Source: Chiloscyllium plagiosum
Taxonomy: Eukaryota
Reading direction: 5' to 3'
NCBI RefSeq assembly: GCF_004010195.1
Contig: NC_057718.1
Location: forward strand, 26,039,341 to 26,103,340
DNA: 64,000 nt
In this document: positions 51,543-63,481 of the stretch, piece by piece
Position numbering within the stretch: the first letter of the stretch is position 1
How the letters are laid out: each line of letters begins with the position of its first letter
Made by a program: the position numbers and the translations under genes
The notes under the pieces: model-generated
What the model saw: only the letters and a program-made list of their open reading frames with translations
What the model was told of the DNA's origin: nothing
The model's database searches: none

Positions 51543-51731
51543 CCTCCCCATCCCTTTATAAAAAAAAATGAACAATCATTTTACAAAGATGGCTTCATTT
51601 TAAAAGCTTTAGTCTTACTCTATTAGTACACTACAATACATGTACATTACATTGACTCTGACTATACAAGCATTCACTAATACTTCTGTTTCAGTCCGTT
51701 TACTCCTGCCATCAAACTCCTCCAACTTCCT

Positions 51732-52240
51732 TCATCCAAGTCACGTAAACATGTTGGCAATCACATTTTCTTGTTCTACCACATGTGTAATTTTCAAATT
51801 GAATGGCTACAATAATCAGCTGTATCTAAACAGTCCTGAATTTTTGTCATTAAATTCCTCCAAAAGCTTTATTAAGTGTATATGATTGCCTGAGATACAT
51901 TACTGGCAATATAAATGTTGAAATGTTGTAATGTCAATACCAAGTTCAAGGTCTCCTTATCAATCATGGACTATTTCTGTTTGTGAATATTCAATTTCCT
52001 GCAGAAATACCAGATCAGTCTTTCTATCTTCTCCTCATCTTCTTGTAAAAGCACAGCACTGAGATCTACATCACTCACATTGATAGCCGCCTCGAGTGGC
52101 TTTGTGTAATTAGCTGTGACTAATACTGGGGCAGTGGTTAACACAGCTTTCAGGCTGTCAAATGCCTTCTGACTGTCTGCCATCCACTGAAAGTTTCTGC
52201 ATCTCTTCAATAAGTCTATCAGTGCCGCTGTCACACTCTA
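51732..52240 (-). pseudogene. Gypsy-type pol connection/RNase H (C-terminus of pol), decayed
   Basis: FQW..DSQKAFDSLKAVLTTAPVL...DVDLSAVLLQED...YFCRKLN...DKETLNLVLTLQHF...ENVIANMFT. Confidence 0.85.
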
Positions 52241-52262
52241 AAATGTGGTATGAATTTCCAAG

Positions 52263-52405
52263 TGATGTCCCGGAGGACTGCAAGATTGCTAATGTTGTCC
52301 CCTTGTTTAAGAAGAGTAGCAGGGATAATCCAGATAACTTTAGACCGATGAGCCTGACGTCAGTGATAAGAAAGCTGCTGGAGAAGATACTGAGGGATAG
52401 GATTC
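52263..52405 (+). mobile_element. CR1 RT fragment
   Basis: VPEDCKIANVVPLFKKSSRDNPDNFRPMSLTS. Confidence 0.75.
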
Positions 52406-52409
52406 TATT

Positions 52410-53250
52410 CTCATTTGCAAGAGTTCTTCTGGGTAGTGTCCTAGGCCCAACCACCTTCAGCTGCTTCATGAATGACCTTTCCTCCATCATAAGGTCAGAA
52501 ATGAAGATGTTTGTTATTACACAATGTTCAGCACCATTCACGACTCCTCAGATATTGAGGCAGTTCATGTTCAAATGCAACAAGATCTGGACCATAACCA
52601 GCATTGGCTGACAAGTGGCATTCACACCACACAACTAACAGGCAATCATCAACTCCAATAAGAGACAATCTCATCACTGCCCCTTAACATTCAATGGTGT
52701 TACCAACAATGCATCCCCCACTGTCAACATCCTTTGGGTTAACATTGACCAGAAACTCAATTGGACTTGCCATATAATCAAGGTGGCTGCAAAAGCAGCT
52801 CAGAGGCTAGGAATACTGTGGCAAGCAACACACCTGCAGACTCCCCGAAGCCTGACCACCATCGACAAGGCACACATCAGGAGTGTGATGGAATACTCTC
52901 CACTAGCAGCTTCAACAACAGTCAAGAAACTTGACACCATCCAGGACAAAGCAGCCCACTTGATTAGCATCACACGCACATAGCTCCACTCCTTTCATCA
53001 GGGAGCAGATATATGGGACCACCTACAAGTTCCCCTTCAAACCACTCACCATCCTGATTTAGAAATATATCAGCATTTGTTCATTGTCGTTGGGTCATAA
53101 TGCTGGAAATCCCTTTGCTTTAACAGCATTATGTGTCAATGCACAGTATGTGGACTGCAGCAGTTTAAGTAGGCAGCTCACCATCGTCTTTTTGAGGACA
53201 AGTAGAAATGGGCAATAAATGCTGACCCAGCCACAAATGAATAAAAAAAG
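52410..53250 (+). mobile_element. Second LINE family RT C-terminus and 3' tail
   Basis: GSVLGPTTFSCFMNDL; AAQRLGIL...IRSVMEYSPLA...LDTIQDKAAHLI; ends atgaataaaaaaa. Confidence 0.75.
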
Positions 53251-53416
53251 CATTCTAATTTCAACTTGCAAAGGAGTTAATAAATTTATCAAAACAGGCA
53301 CAAAAGAAGTGATCCTCTTCAAGCAGTAGTTTTCAGTTGACCTACTTTGGGACACTAAGTCACAGTTGCTAGCTAACTGGGTATGTGTCTTCACTTGATT
53401 GACGTAGTTCTTCTGT

Positions 53417-53599
53417 TGAGAGTGTGATGCTGGAAAAACACAGCAGGTCAGGCAGCATGTGAGAAACAGGAGAATCAACGTTTCGGGCATAAGCCCTTCA
53501 TCCTTTTGCTCCTCGGATGCTGCCTGACCTGCTGTGCTCTTCCAGCACCACACTCTCGACTCTGATCTCCAGCATCTGTAGTCTTCACTTTCTCCTGAA
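53417..53599 (+). mobile_element. Short fold-back Penelope-like insertion, 13-bp TSD
   Basis: TSD gtagttcttctgt 53404-53416 / 53600-53612; inverted arms. Confidence 0.88.
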
Positions 53600-53749
53600 G
53601 TAGTTCTTCTGTCATCAGTCTTCTGTGTAATATACCACAGAGAATCAGCAATTATAAACTCTTGCTAGCCAATCCCATTGTGCTTAATCAGAGGCATCCT
53701 AACGCTAATTGGCTTTACGATGCATGGACAATACACGATCAACATTGCT

Positions 53750-55138
53750 ATAAGATGTAGGAACAGAATTAGGTCATTTGACCCATCGAGTCAGCTCCAC
53801 CACCTGGTCATGGCTGATATGGTTCTCAACCCCATTCTTCCAGTAACCCTTGATCTCCTTAGTAATCAAGAATCTATTTATCTGTATCTTAAACACACTC
53901 AATGACTTGGCTTCCTCAGCCTTCTGCAGCAATGAGTTCCACAGATTCACTATCATCTGGCTGAAGAAATTCCTCAGTTCTAAAGGGCCGTCCGTTCACT
54001 CTGAGGCTGTGCCCTCAGGTTGTAGTCTGTCCCACTAATGGAAGCATCTTCTCCGTGTCCGCCCTAAACAGGCCTCTCAGTATTGTCGAAAAGTATGGTG
54101 GAGGAAAAGCACAGCGGGTCAGGCAGCATCCAAGGAGCAGGAGAGTTGACATTTCAGACATAAGCTCCTCAGATGCTGCCTGACCTGCTGTGCTTTTTCA
54201 GTGCCATATTTTTTGACTCTGATCTCCAGCATCTGCACTTCCTCTCAGTATTGTGTAAGTTTCAATTAGCTCCCCCTTCATTCTTCTAAACTCTATTAAG
54301 TACAAACCCAAAGTCCTCAAATGCCCCTCACATCACAAGCTCTTCATCCCCAGGATCATTCTTAGGAACTTCCTCTGGCCCATTTCCAACACCAGCACAT
54401 CTTTCCTTAGATACAGGGCCCAAAACCGCTCATAATATTCCAAAAGTCATCTGACCAGAGCCTTAAACAGCTTCAGCAGTATATTCCCACTTTAATATTC
54501 CAGCCCTCTTGTATGTGCCTTCCCAACTACCAACTACCAACTGAACCTGCATGTTAATCTTAAGAGAATCCTAAACTAGGACTCGCAAGTCCATTTGTGC
54601 TTCACATTTTCAAAGCCTTTTCACATTTTGAAAATACCCACAAACTTTGCCACATTGCATTCCATCTGCCACTTCTTTGGCCACTCTCCTAGTGACTTCT
54701 GCAGCCTCCCTGCTTCTACAATACATCCTATCCTTCCACCTATCATTGTGTAATCTGCAAACTTAGCAACAAAGCCCTCAGTTCCTTAATACAGATCGTT
54801 ATTGTAAAACATGAATAGCTATGGTCCCAACACTGACCACAGGGAAACTCCACAAGTCACTGGCTACCATCCTGAAAAAGACCCCTTTATCCTTTCTCTG
54901 TCCCTTCAGTCAGTCAGCCAAACTTCTAATCATGCCAGTAGCTTGCCCCTAACACCATGGGCTGTTATCTTGTTTTGCAGCCTCCTGTGTGGCTCCTTGT
55001 CAAAGACCTTCTGGAATATCCAAATAGATCATGTTTGCTGGCTCTCCTTTGTCTAATTTGCCCATTACCTCCTCAAGAAATTCTAGCAGATTTGTCAGGC
55101 TCTACTCTCCTTGTTGAAGCTGTGCTGACTCAGCCCTA
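53750..55138 (-). mobile_element. CR1 LINE (RT to tail), split by a Penelope hairpin
   Basis: IVNLWNSLLQKAEEAKSLSVFKIQINRFL; further RT remnants up to 55138. Confidence 0.78.
54087..54240 (+). mobile_element. Short fold-back Penelope-like insertion, 14-bp TSD
   Basis: TSD cctctcagtattgt 54073-54086 / 54241-54254. Confidence 0.85.
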
Positions 55139-55589
55139 ATTCAATTTATATCATATATGACCCCACAATAACTGTTGCTAGCTAAAACATGTTAAGTTAA
55201 AACTAACCAAACGCAATGAACGTACACAGGCCCACTACATACTTGAAGTTAAAAATAAACTGACATAAAACCATTCACATAATCATTATCCTAAGTTTAC
55301 ATTACATTGAGCCATAAAACAGTCATGAAACCATAAACCAATGACTTTACTTTTAACCTGGGCCATTATAGGAAGTGCTTTACATCAAACTGAACTTTCA
55401 CAATTTAGTTCCTGACTTGCTTGGCCAAGTGAAGGTTATTGATTATAACTCAATCCTATATGTATTTGAATTAAGTGTCTCAGCCTTCTGTGTTTAAAAC
55501 ATTTTTTTAAAAAATTATATAGTGTTTCCACATTACTGAAATTTTCCATTCCTGGTGAAAACTTCATAAATCTTCTTTGTAGACTTTCA

Positions 55590-55864
55590 GTAGATTAGAT
55601 TAGATTCCCTACAAGTCCACACCGACCCTCCGAAGAGTAACCTACCCACACTCATTTCCCTACATTTACCCCTGACTAACACACCTAACACTGTGGGAAA
55701 TTTAGCATGGCCAATTCTTTGGACTGTGGGAGGAAACCGGAGCACTAGGAGCAAACCCATGCAGACACAGGGCGAATGTGCAAACCCCACAGAGGAAGTC
55801 ACCTGAGGCAGGAATTGGTGCTGTGAGGCTGCAATGCTAACCACTGAGGCCACTGTGCTACCCC
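55590..55864 (-). mobile_element. HE1 SINE (with deletions)
   Basis: Reverse complement homology to HE1. Confidence 0.85.
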
Positions 55865-56014
55865 TAAGCCACCATGCTGCTCCTGTGATGTTATGTAACT
55901 TTCCTACATTGTAGGAAATGTACTCATGATCCAGCTGTGGCTGTTTATACAGTTCATGACAAACTTTCCTGCTGCTATATTCTATGCCTTGATTAGTAAA
56001 GAAAGATATTCATT

Positions 56015-56410
56015 ATGTTGAGGGAGGTAAGGAAGGAGATATTTGAAGTCCTGGCAGTTACTTTCAAATCCTCTCTGGCAACAGGTGAGGAGCGAGAGCA
56101 CTCAAAGGTTGCTAACATTCCGCTTTTATTAAAAGAAGGAGGAAGAGATAGATCAGGAAATCACAGGCCAGTCAGTCTAGCTTCAGCAGTGGGAAAGTTA
56201 CAAGAAAGAATTCTGAGGGACAATATATTCTGAGAGGGGAATGAAGTAATCAGGGATAGTCAGCAGCAATTTGTGAATGGAAGTCTGTGTTTGGCAAATT
56301 TGATTGAAGTTTTGAGGAGGGAAGCAGGAGTCCGATGAATTTGACATGGTCTGTGTGGACTTTAGCCAGGCTTTAGATAAGGTCCCTCATGACAAACCAG
56401 TCGAGAACGT
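56015..56410 (+). mobile_element. CR1 RT fragment
   Basis: LKEGGRDRSGNHRPVSLASAVGKL; VDFSQALDKVPH. Confidence 0.75.
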
Positions 56411-57796
56411 AAGAACTCTGTGTCTAACCCCTGGACTGGTATCAAAGGTTGGCCTTGTCTAACTGTAGTCAACCCTCTGAGCAAAGACTATCTCCCTTCA
56501 CTTGACTGAGGATTACTGACAACCATGACGTCTACGTCTGTGCTAAATAGCAAGTCAAGACAGAAGTAATAGGGCCCAGTATCTCTGGTTGAGGGAGCAC
56601 AGGACACAAAGACAAAGCAGTACAAGGCAGGGATGCCATGAGCATCCAGGCATGCTTGGATTGAGTGAATGCCATTGTAGTAAGTTAAGAGCCTGGAGGT
56701 GTAGCCTGGTCCAGACTAGGAGCTGGGGCCAACAGCTAAGCACACAGTATTCTTGCCTCAGCATTATGATGATAGCTATTGATGCAGCCTGATGTGCAGT
56801 ATTGATATGCAGCAAGAACCTATGGATACAAATGTCCCTGAACACAAGATGGAAGTGGCAGGTATCCATGGAGTGCACCCTGAGATGTTGGCCCCTGGTG
56901 TCCAACATTAAGGTCCTTTGATGTAAATGACCAGCTGAATTCACCAGATACCTGCTTTAATTTTTACATGTAGCTTGTTTGGCACGCAGGGTAAGATAGG
57001 AAGTTAAATAAAAATGAAGCGAGTTGGACCATTAACAAGGTGTTTAAAAAGCAATAACCTGCTTCAATTGGCAACTCGCTATTGACCAGTGAGAAACTTG
57101 CTATGATGCTTGTGTTGCAACACGGAGAGAGAGAGAGAGAGAAACAGCCATACCAAATCAGTCTTTCTACTGGTGTATGCACAACACAGTAAAATTTAAA
57201 CCTTCAAAAACCCTCGAAATTGCCCTAAGATTCCAACCAGACTTTTGCATCACCTATCCAGACTTTACAAGCAGTCAATTCTTGACACTGGGTTGTATCT
57301 TAATCAAAACACTGAGCAGTTCATTAACAATATCATAACTTCAGTGGAACAAAAATTAAACAACAAAGTAATCTAACTGGTCTGCGCTTTAAACCCAAAA
57401 ACCTCTGTTTTCATCTCCATTTACACAAAAGACAGATAGCCAAAAACACACGGTTAAAGGACAAATGAAAGAAAATAACAAAACTGGCGAGATTTCTTAG
57501 GTGATTTTCACAATGTGTGGTTTCACAGGAATAGATGATGGTTTCTTGATTGATTTTCTGAAGGTGTCAGTCAGGGCCACCTTCACAGTTCACTCAGTTT
57601 TCAGCAGAAATATTTCGTTTACTATTCTCAAAGCTTCCAAAAGCTGTTCAGGGGACGTTAAGTTGCGACATTTCAAACCTTCAACTTGTAACATCAAAAG
57701 TAAGATTCCTTTTCCACAGAAAACGAGGCCCAAAACCCAATTCAAACTCTGACCACTCCCTGACAGTCTGACTGCCTCCTTAATTCAACACCTGAT

Positions 57797-57830
57797 CACA
57801 GAATCCCTACAGTTTGGAAACAGGCCCTTC
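57797..57830 (-). mobile_element. HE1 SINE 3' piece (continues at 60687)
   Basis: cacagaatccctacagtttggaaacaggcccttc. Confidence 0.75.
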
Positions 57831-59773
57831 AAAAGATTTTGATAAGGGATAGCATTACAGCTGTACTGAGGGAGGATATTCCCGGAAATATGTCCAGGGA
57901 AGCTATTTTGGTGGAACTGAGAAATAAGAAGGGGATGAACACCTTATTAGGATTGTGTTATAGACCCCCTAATAATCAGAGGGAAATTGAGAAAAACATT
58001 TGTAAGGAGATCTCAGTTTTCTGTGAGAATAATAGGGTGGTTATGGTAGGGGATTTTAACTTTCTAAACATAGACTGGAACTGCCATAGCGTTAAGGGTT
58101 CAGATGGAGAGAAATTTGTTAAATGTGTACCAAAAAAATTTCTGATTCAATATGTGGATGTACCTACGAGAGAAGGTGCAAAAAGTGGCCTACTCTTGGG
58201 AAATAAGGCAGGGCAGGTGACTGAGGTGTCAGTTGGGGAGCATTTCGGACAGCGACCATAATTCTATTAGTTTTTAAATAGTGATGGAAAAGGACAGACC
58301 AGATCTAAAAGTTGAAGTTCTAAATTGGAGGAAGGCTAATTTTGAAGTATTAGGCAAGAACTTTCAAAAGCTGATTGGGGGCAAATGTTCGCACATAAAG
58401 GGACGGCTGGAAAATGGGAAGCCTTCAGAAATGAGAATCCAGAGAAAGTATATTCCTGTCAGGGTGAAAGGAAAGGCTGGTAGGTACAGGAAATGCTGGA
58501 TGTCTAAAGAAATTGAGGGTTTGGTTAAGAAAAAGAAGGAGGCATATGTTGGGTATAGACAGGATAGATCGAGTGAATCCTTCGAAGTAGGAGTATACTT
58601 AAGGAAGTAGGAGTATACTTAAGAGGGAAACCAAGAGAGCAAAAAGGGGACATGAGATAGCTTTGGCAAATAGAATTAAAAAGAATCTAAAGGGTTTTTA
58701 CAATACATTAAGGACAAAAGGGTAACTAGGGAGAGAGTAGGGCCTTTGTGTGGAGTCGCAGAAAATGGGGGAGATGCTAAACGAGTATTTTGCATCAGTA
58801 TTTACTGTAAAAAAGGACATGGAAGATACAGAATGTAGGGAAATAGATGGTGACATCTTGAAAAATGTCCATATTATAGAGGAGGAAGTGCTGGATGTCT
58901 TGAAACACATGAAGGTGGATAAATTCCCAGGACCTGATCAGGTGTAACATAGAACTCTGTGGGAAGCTAAGGAAGTGATTGCTGGCCCTCTTGCTGAGAT
59001 ATTTGAATCATCAACAGTTACAGGTGAGGTGCCAGAAGACTGGAGGTTGACTAATGTGGTGCCACTGTTAAAGAAGGGTATTAAGGACAAGCCAAGGAAC
59101 TATAGACTAGTGACGTCAGTGGTGGGCAAGTTGTTGGAGGGAATCTTGAGGGATAGGATGTACATGTTTCTGGAAATGAAAGGACTGATTAGAGATAGTC
59201 AACATGGCTTTGTGCATGGGAAATCATGTCTCACAAACTTGATTGAGTTTTTTGAAGAAGTAACAAAGAGGATTGATGAGGGCAGAGTGGTAGATGCGAT
59301 CTATATGGACTTCAGTAAAGCATTCGACAAAATTCCCCATGGGAGACTGGTGAGCAAGGTTACATCTCATGGAATACAGGGAGAACTAGCCATTTGGATA
59401 CAGAACTGGCTCAAAGGTAGAAGACAGAGGATGGTGGTGGAGGGCTGTTTTTCAGACTGGAGGCCTGTGACCAGTGGAGTGCACATGGATCGGTTCTGCA
59501 TCCATTACTTTTCATCATTTACATAAATGATTTGGATGTGAGCATAAGAGGTATCATTAGTAAGTTTGCAGATGACATCAAAATTGGAGGTGTAGTGGAG
59601 GTTACCTCAGCGAAGAAGGTTACCTCAGAGTACAATGGGATCTTGATCAGATGGGCCAATGGGCTGAGAAGTGGCAGATGGAGTTTAATTCAAATAAATA
59701 CGAGGTGCTGCATTTTGGGAAAGCAAATCTTAGCAGGACTTATACACAAAATGGTAAGGCCCTAGGGAATGTT

Positions 59774-59985
59774 TGAGGAGAAAGTGAGGTCTGCAGATGC
59801 TGGAGATCAGAGCTGGAAATGTGTTGCTGGAAAAGCGCAGCAGGTCAGGCAGCATCCAGGGAACAGGAGAATCGACGTTTCGGGCATAAGCCCTTCCTGA
59901 AGAAGGGCTTATGCCCGAAACGTCGATTCTCCTGTTAACTGGATGCTGCCTGACCTGCTGCGCTTTTCCAGCAACACATTTCCAG
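59774..59985. mobile_element. Near-perfect fold-back Penelope-like insertion, 13-bp TSD
   Basis: TSD cctagggaatgtt 59761-59773 / 59986-59998; 85-bp arms 59812-59896 and 59902-59986. Confidence 0.92.
59897..59924 (+). ncRNA. Minimal hammerhead ribozyme-like motif
   Basis: CTGAAGA-a-gggc-ttat-gccc-GAAA-C-GTC. Confidence 0.62.
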
Positions 59986-60686
59986 CCTAGGGAATGTTGC
60001 TGAACAATGAGACCTTGGAGTGCAGGTTCATAGCTCCTTGAAAGTGGAGTCGCAGGTAGATAGGATAGTGAAGAAGGCGTTTGGTATGCTTTCCTTTATC
60101 GGTCAGAGTATTGAGTACAGGAGTTGGGAGGTCATGTTGCGGCTGTACAGGACATCGGTTAGGCCACTGTTGGAATATTGCATGCAATTCTGGTCTCCTT
60201 CCTATCGGAAAGATGTTGTGAAACTTGAAAGGGTTCAGAAAAGATTTACAAGGATGTTGTCAGTGTTGGGGAGGATTTGAGCTCTGGCTGGATCGTCAGA
60301 GGCTGAGGGATGACCTTATAGAGGTTTACAAAATTATGAGGGGCATGGATAGGATAAATAGACAAAATCTTTTCCCTGGAGTGGGAAAGTCCAGAATTAG
60401 AGGGCATAGGTTTAGGGTGAGAGGGGAAAGATATAAAAGAGACCTAAGGTGCAACGTTTTCATGCAGAGGGTGGTACGTGTATGGAATGAGCTGCCAGAG
60501 GAAGTGGTGGAGACTGGTACAATTGCAACATTTAAGAGGCATTTGGATGGGTATATGAATAGGAAGGGTTTAGAAGGATATGGGTTGGGTGCTGGCAGGT
60601 GGGACTAGATTGGGTTGGGGTATCTAGTCAGCATGGACGGGTTGGACCTAAGGGTCTGTTTCCGTGCTGTACATCTCTATGACTCT

Positions 60687-60884
60687 AAGTCCACACCGAC
60701 CCTCCGAACATTATCCCACCCAAACCCATTCTCTATTACTCTACATTTACCACTGACTCATGCACCTAACCTACATATCCCTGAACACTATGGGCAATTT
60801 AGCATCGCCAATTCACCTAGAATCGAACCCAGGTCCATGACGCTGTGAGGCAGCAGTGCTAGCCACTAAGCCACCGTGCCACCC
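60687..60884 (-). mobile_element. HE1 SINE 5' part (split by HER1)
   Basis: aagtccacaccgaccctccgaa...gcagcagtgctagccactaagccaccgtgccaccc. Confidence 0.85.
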
Positions 60885-61248
60885 TGCTTGAACATAAGGT
60901 CTTTTCCAGACTTGCTGTAACCAATTCTCAGGTACTAACCTCATTAATGGCCAACTTCTACTATCTGTTAAAACGTAATGCCCTTCCCTGGTGATGAATC
61001 ACTTGCAAATCAGCAAACAAACTTCCAGGCCTGGCCTGATAAATAAACAAAAACTTGTTTGTTCTGTTTCCTTTTAGCACAAGCTGTTACCCACAGTCTA
61101 AAAGTCATCATTAGTTCACAGTTCCCAATTCACAGCTCCTCGCCAAAATTGATGAAATAATAAAGTAAAATAATTGAAATATTAGTGAGGATTCTAACAC
61201 TTGTCAATAGCATAAAGACGGAGCAAGATGCTGCCAATGTTGAGGTAG

Positions 61249-61419
61249 CCACGATGTGGAGGTGCCGGTGTTGGACTGGGATGGACAAAGTTAAAAATCA
61301 CATAGCACCAGGTTATAGTCCAACAGGTTTATATGGAAGCACTAGCTTTCGGAGTGAGGCAACAACGTAGCATTCCAAAAGCTATCTGTTGGGTTATAAC
61401 CTGGTGTTGAGTGATTTTT
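61249..61419. mobile_element. Short fold-back Penelope-like insertion (family 2), 13-bp TSD
   Basis: TSD aatgttgaggtag 61236-61248 / 61420-61432; arms aaaaatcac..caccaggttatagtccaacag / ctgttgggttataacctggtg..gtgattttt. Confidence 0.8.
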
Positions 61420-63068
61420 AATGTTGAGGTAGTCATTAACAGACGTCTCACATGATTCTGCCACAAATCTCACCATGACCCATATCATTCAGATTCCTAT
61501 AAGATTCCACCAACTACTATGTTACTGATGGTGATTTAATTATCTTTTTTGCTGTTAAACTCTTGGTCTTTGGTATTTTTAATGCAACAGCAAGTTATTC
61601 ATCCAACTGCTAATAACATTGAAAATTCAAAACAAAATCCTCAAAGTAAGAACCAGTTAATGATTCAATCTGCCACAGTAAGTTTGGCAAAATAAGAAAA
61701 TATTTTCTGTCTTCCACACAGCAATAATGAGATGTTTTCAGTGATGTTAAATATTAATGCTGCAGTTCAAAGCTTTTCCTTAAAGGAACAAAGCTGACAT
61801 GCACTTGAGGGTAAAAAAGAATCAATTGATCTCTTGTGCTTTGGTGTGAAATGTAAAGCAGATCAACTCCTCAAGACTGAGCTCCAAGAAAAAGTTATTA
61901 CAGAATTCTAGTTAGGTTAAAGCTCAAACTTTTCTCCTTTTCATACTATTTAACAATGTTTTTCTCTGCTCCAGTGAAATGATGTCTTGATTTTCCAAGT
62001 CTCTCCGTGTGGCTACAGCCTCTCAGCCCCGCTATCATGCCAGTAAATCTTAGGTTGTTGTAGTCATAGAATAGAGGCTTTGTGTTATCTGCTAGCTTTA
62101 CAATATATTGAAATAAGAAATGGGTTGAAATCTAGTGGTAATTTGGGTTCGCTAAGTTGTCATAAATTTCACACTCATGGTATAGTAACTTTTTGCAATG
62201 AACTGTTGTCACTTACTTTGATATTGTAAAGGCCAGATTTTTAAAGAGCAATTGCTTTATTTTTGATTGTGGACTGAATTGTAAACAAAATGACTGTTTT
62301 ACAACAAAGGACTGAGGAAGAAATTGCTATATTTTTAAAAAAGCATGTTACTAAAACTGGTTGTGTGTGGTGTTCGCACTGCTGCTTTGTTCAAGCCATG
62401 GATGAAGATGTGTGTAGGTGGCCCAGTCCCCACACAAAGTGAGATTCGGCCAGCAACAGGTTGCTTATTGGTTTGTCGAGTTGTGCCCAGTTGTAGATGC
62501 CAAAGACCATCGACTTGACAATATGTATCTGCTTAGCTGAAAAGTTTGTGGGTGTGAATAATAGTGGCAGAGGCCGTGAGTCTAATCAAAGGGCAGGTGG
62601 CGTGTTTCTGTATTCAGTAAAGTATCTAAAATATGTTACCGTGAAAGTGTGTGTCTGAAGAAAGCCAGTTTTTTTCCCCACCAGTTGCTGTATACTGTTG
62701 CTTTTACCAATATATCAGAGACATTATAATTTGTGAAATAGTTGTTCTGTGCATCTTAAGGATTGAGAGAACCTGAGGGAAAAGATCAGCAAACTGAAAG
62801 TCCTCGGAAGCAAAAACAACATTCCTTCAAGTCCTGCGAACAATTTTAAACTGTTTGTATATGATGGGTTTTAAAAAGGAGTTAGACTTTAATCCGGTTG
62901 AGTTAAATGTCGACTGTTGATAGTTGTTTACCACTAGTTATAATCTATTCACCTTTAATAAACAGTACATCTTGTTAAGTACAGAAGTGTGGTCTGTGTT
63001 TTCCGGGTTCATCTGATAGGTAAACTGGGGATTTGGTATAATTTGCTAACATTTTTAAAATTTTTGAA

Positions 63069-63481
63069 GTGACAGTGCTAAGAGGTTATTTTGCCCTGGC
63101 ATTTTATTTTGAAGAAATATTGTAAGGCAGAAGTATTGAGCTGGCTACTGAAGACCACTTGGGAAGCCCTGGGTCTTTTTTTTAAATGAGCCTGAATGTG
63201 TGTGGCCAGCTCTCATAGATCAGGATTTTTGAGTAGCATCAGAAGATATCAGGGTCTCAAAAGAGTTGGAGGCTTCAGTGAGTGTCTCCTGGCTGCTACT
63301 CTCTCAAAATTTTCTCTTGATGTTTTCCTGCTGGATTGGAGAACTGCATGTGAGAATCTGTGTCAGAAAGTGCCTTTTTGCCAACTGGTGTTTTTATGGT
63401 GTGTTCCTATATTGGAGCAGTTAATCAATAATAGTTGCCCTCTATTACTCTGTTAGGTTTTTCCAATAGAGTTAAGTTATT
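63069..63481 (+). mobile_element. Partial LTR related to the 50929-51542 LTR, cut by HER1
   Basis: Shares aggttatttt(t)g.cctgg...tttgaaga...aaggcaga and ctatat.gga.cagttaat...gttttcca..agttaagttatt with the reverse complement of 50929-51542. Confidence 0.6.

Larger units (their letters stand above)
57838..60686 (+). mobile_element. HER1 LINE, ~2.6 kb of ORF2 (APE + RT), decayed
   Basis: CYRPPN, VGDFNF (APE); [21 protein letters not shown] (RT); HER1 tail. Confidence 0.93.

Noticed and set aside
57060..57790. Possible additional LTR-like tracts (also 45320-46200 and 62220-63060)
   Set aside because: Composition is suggestive, but I could not define TG..CA ends, TSDs or a second copy
58584..58623. 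20-bp tandem duplication gaagtaggagtatacttaag inside HER1
   Set aside because: Post-insertion slippage with no functional implication
59774..59985. Interpretation of the hairpins as DNA-transposon MITEs or miRNA genes
   Set aside because: The arms match the 3' end of GIY-YIG-encoding PLE copies at 17397-18407 and 44060-44620, and the repeats are not terminal (one side has an unpaired tail)
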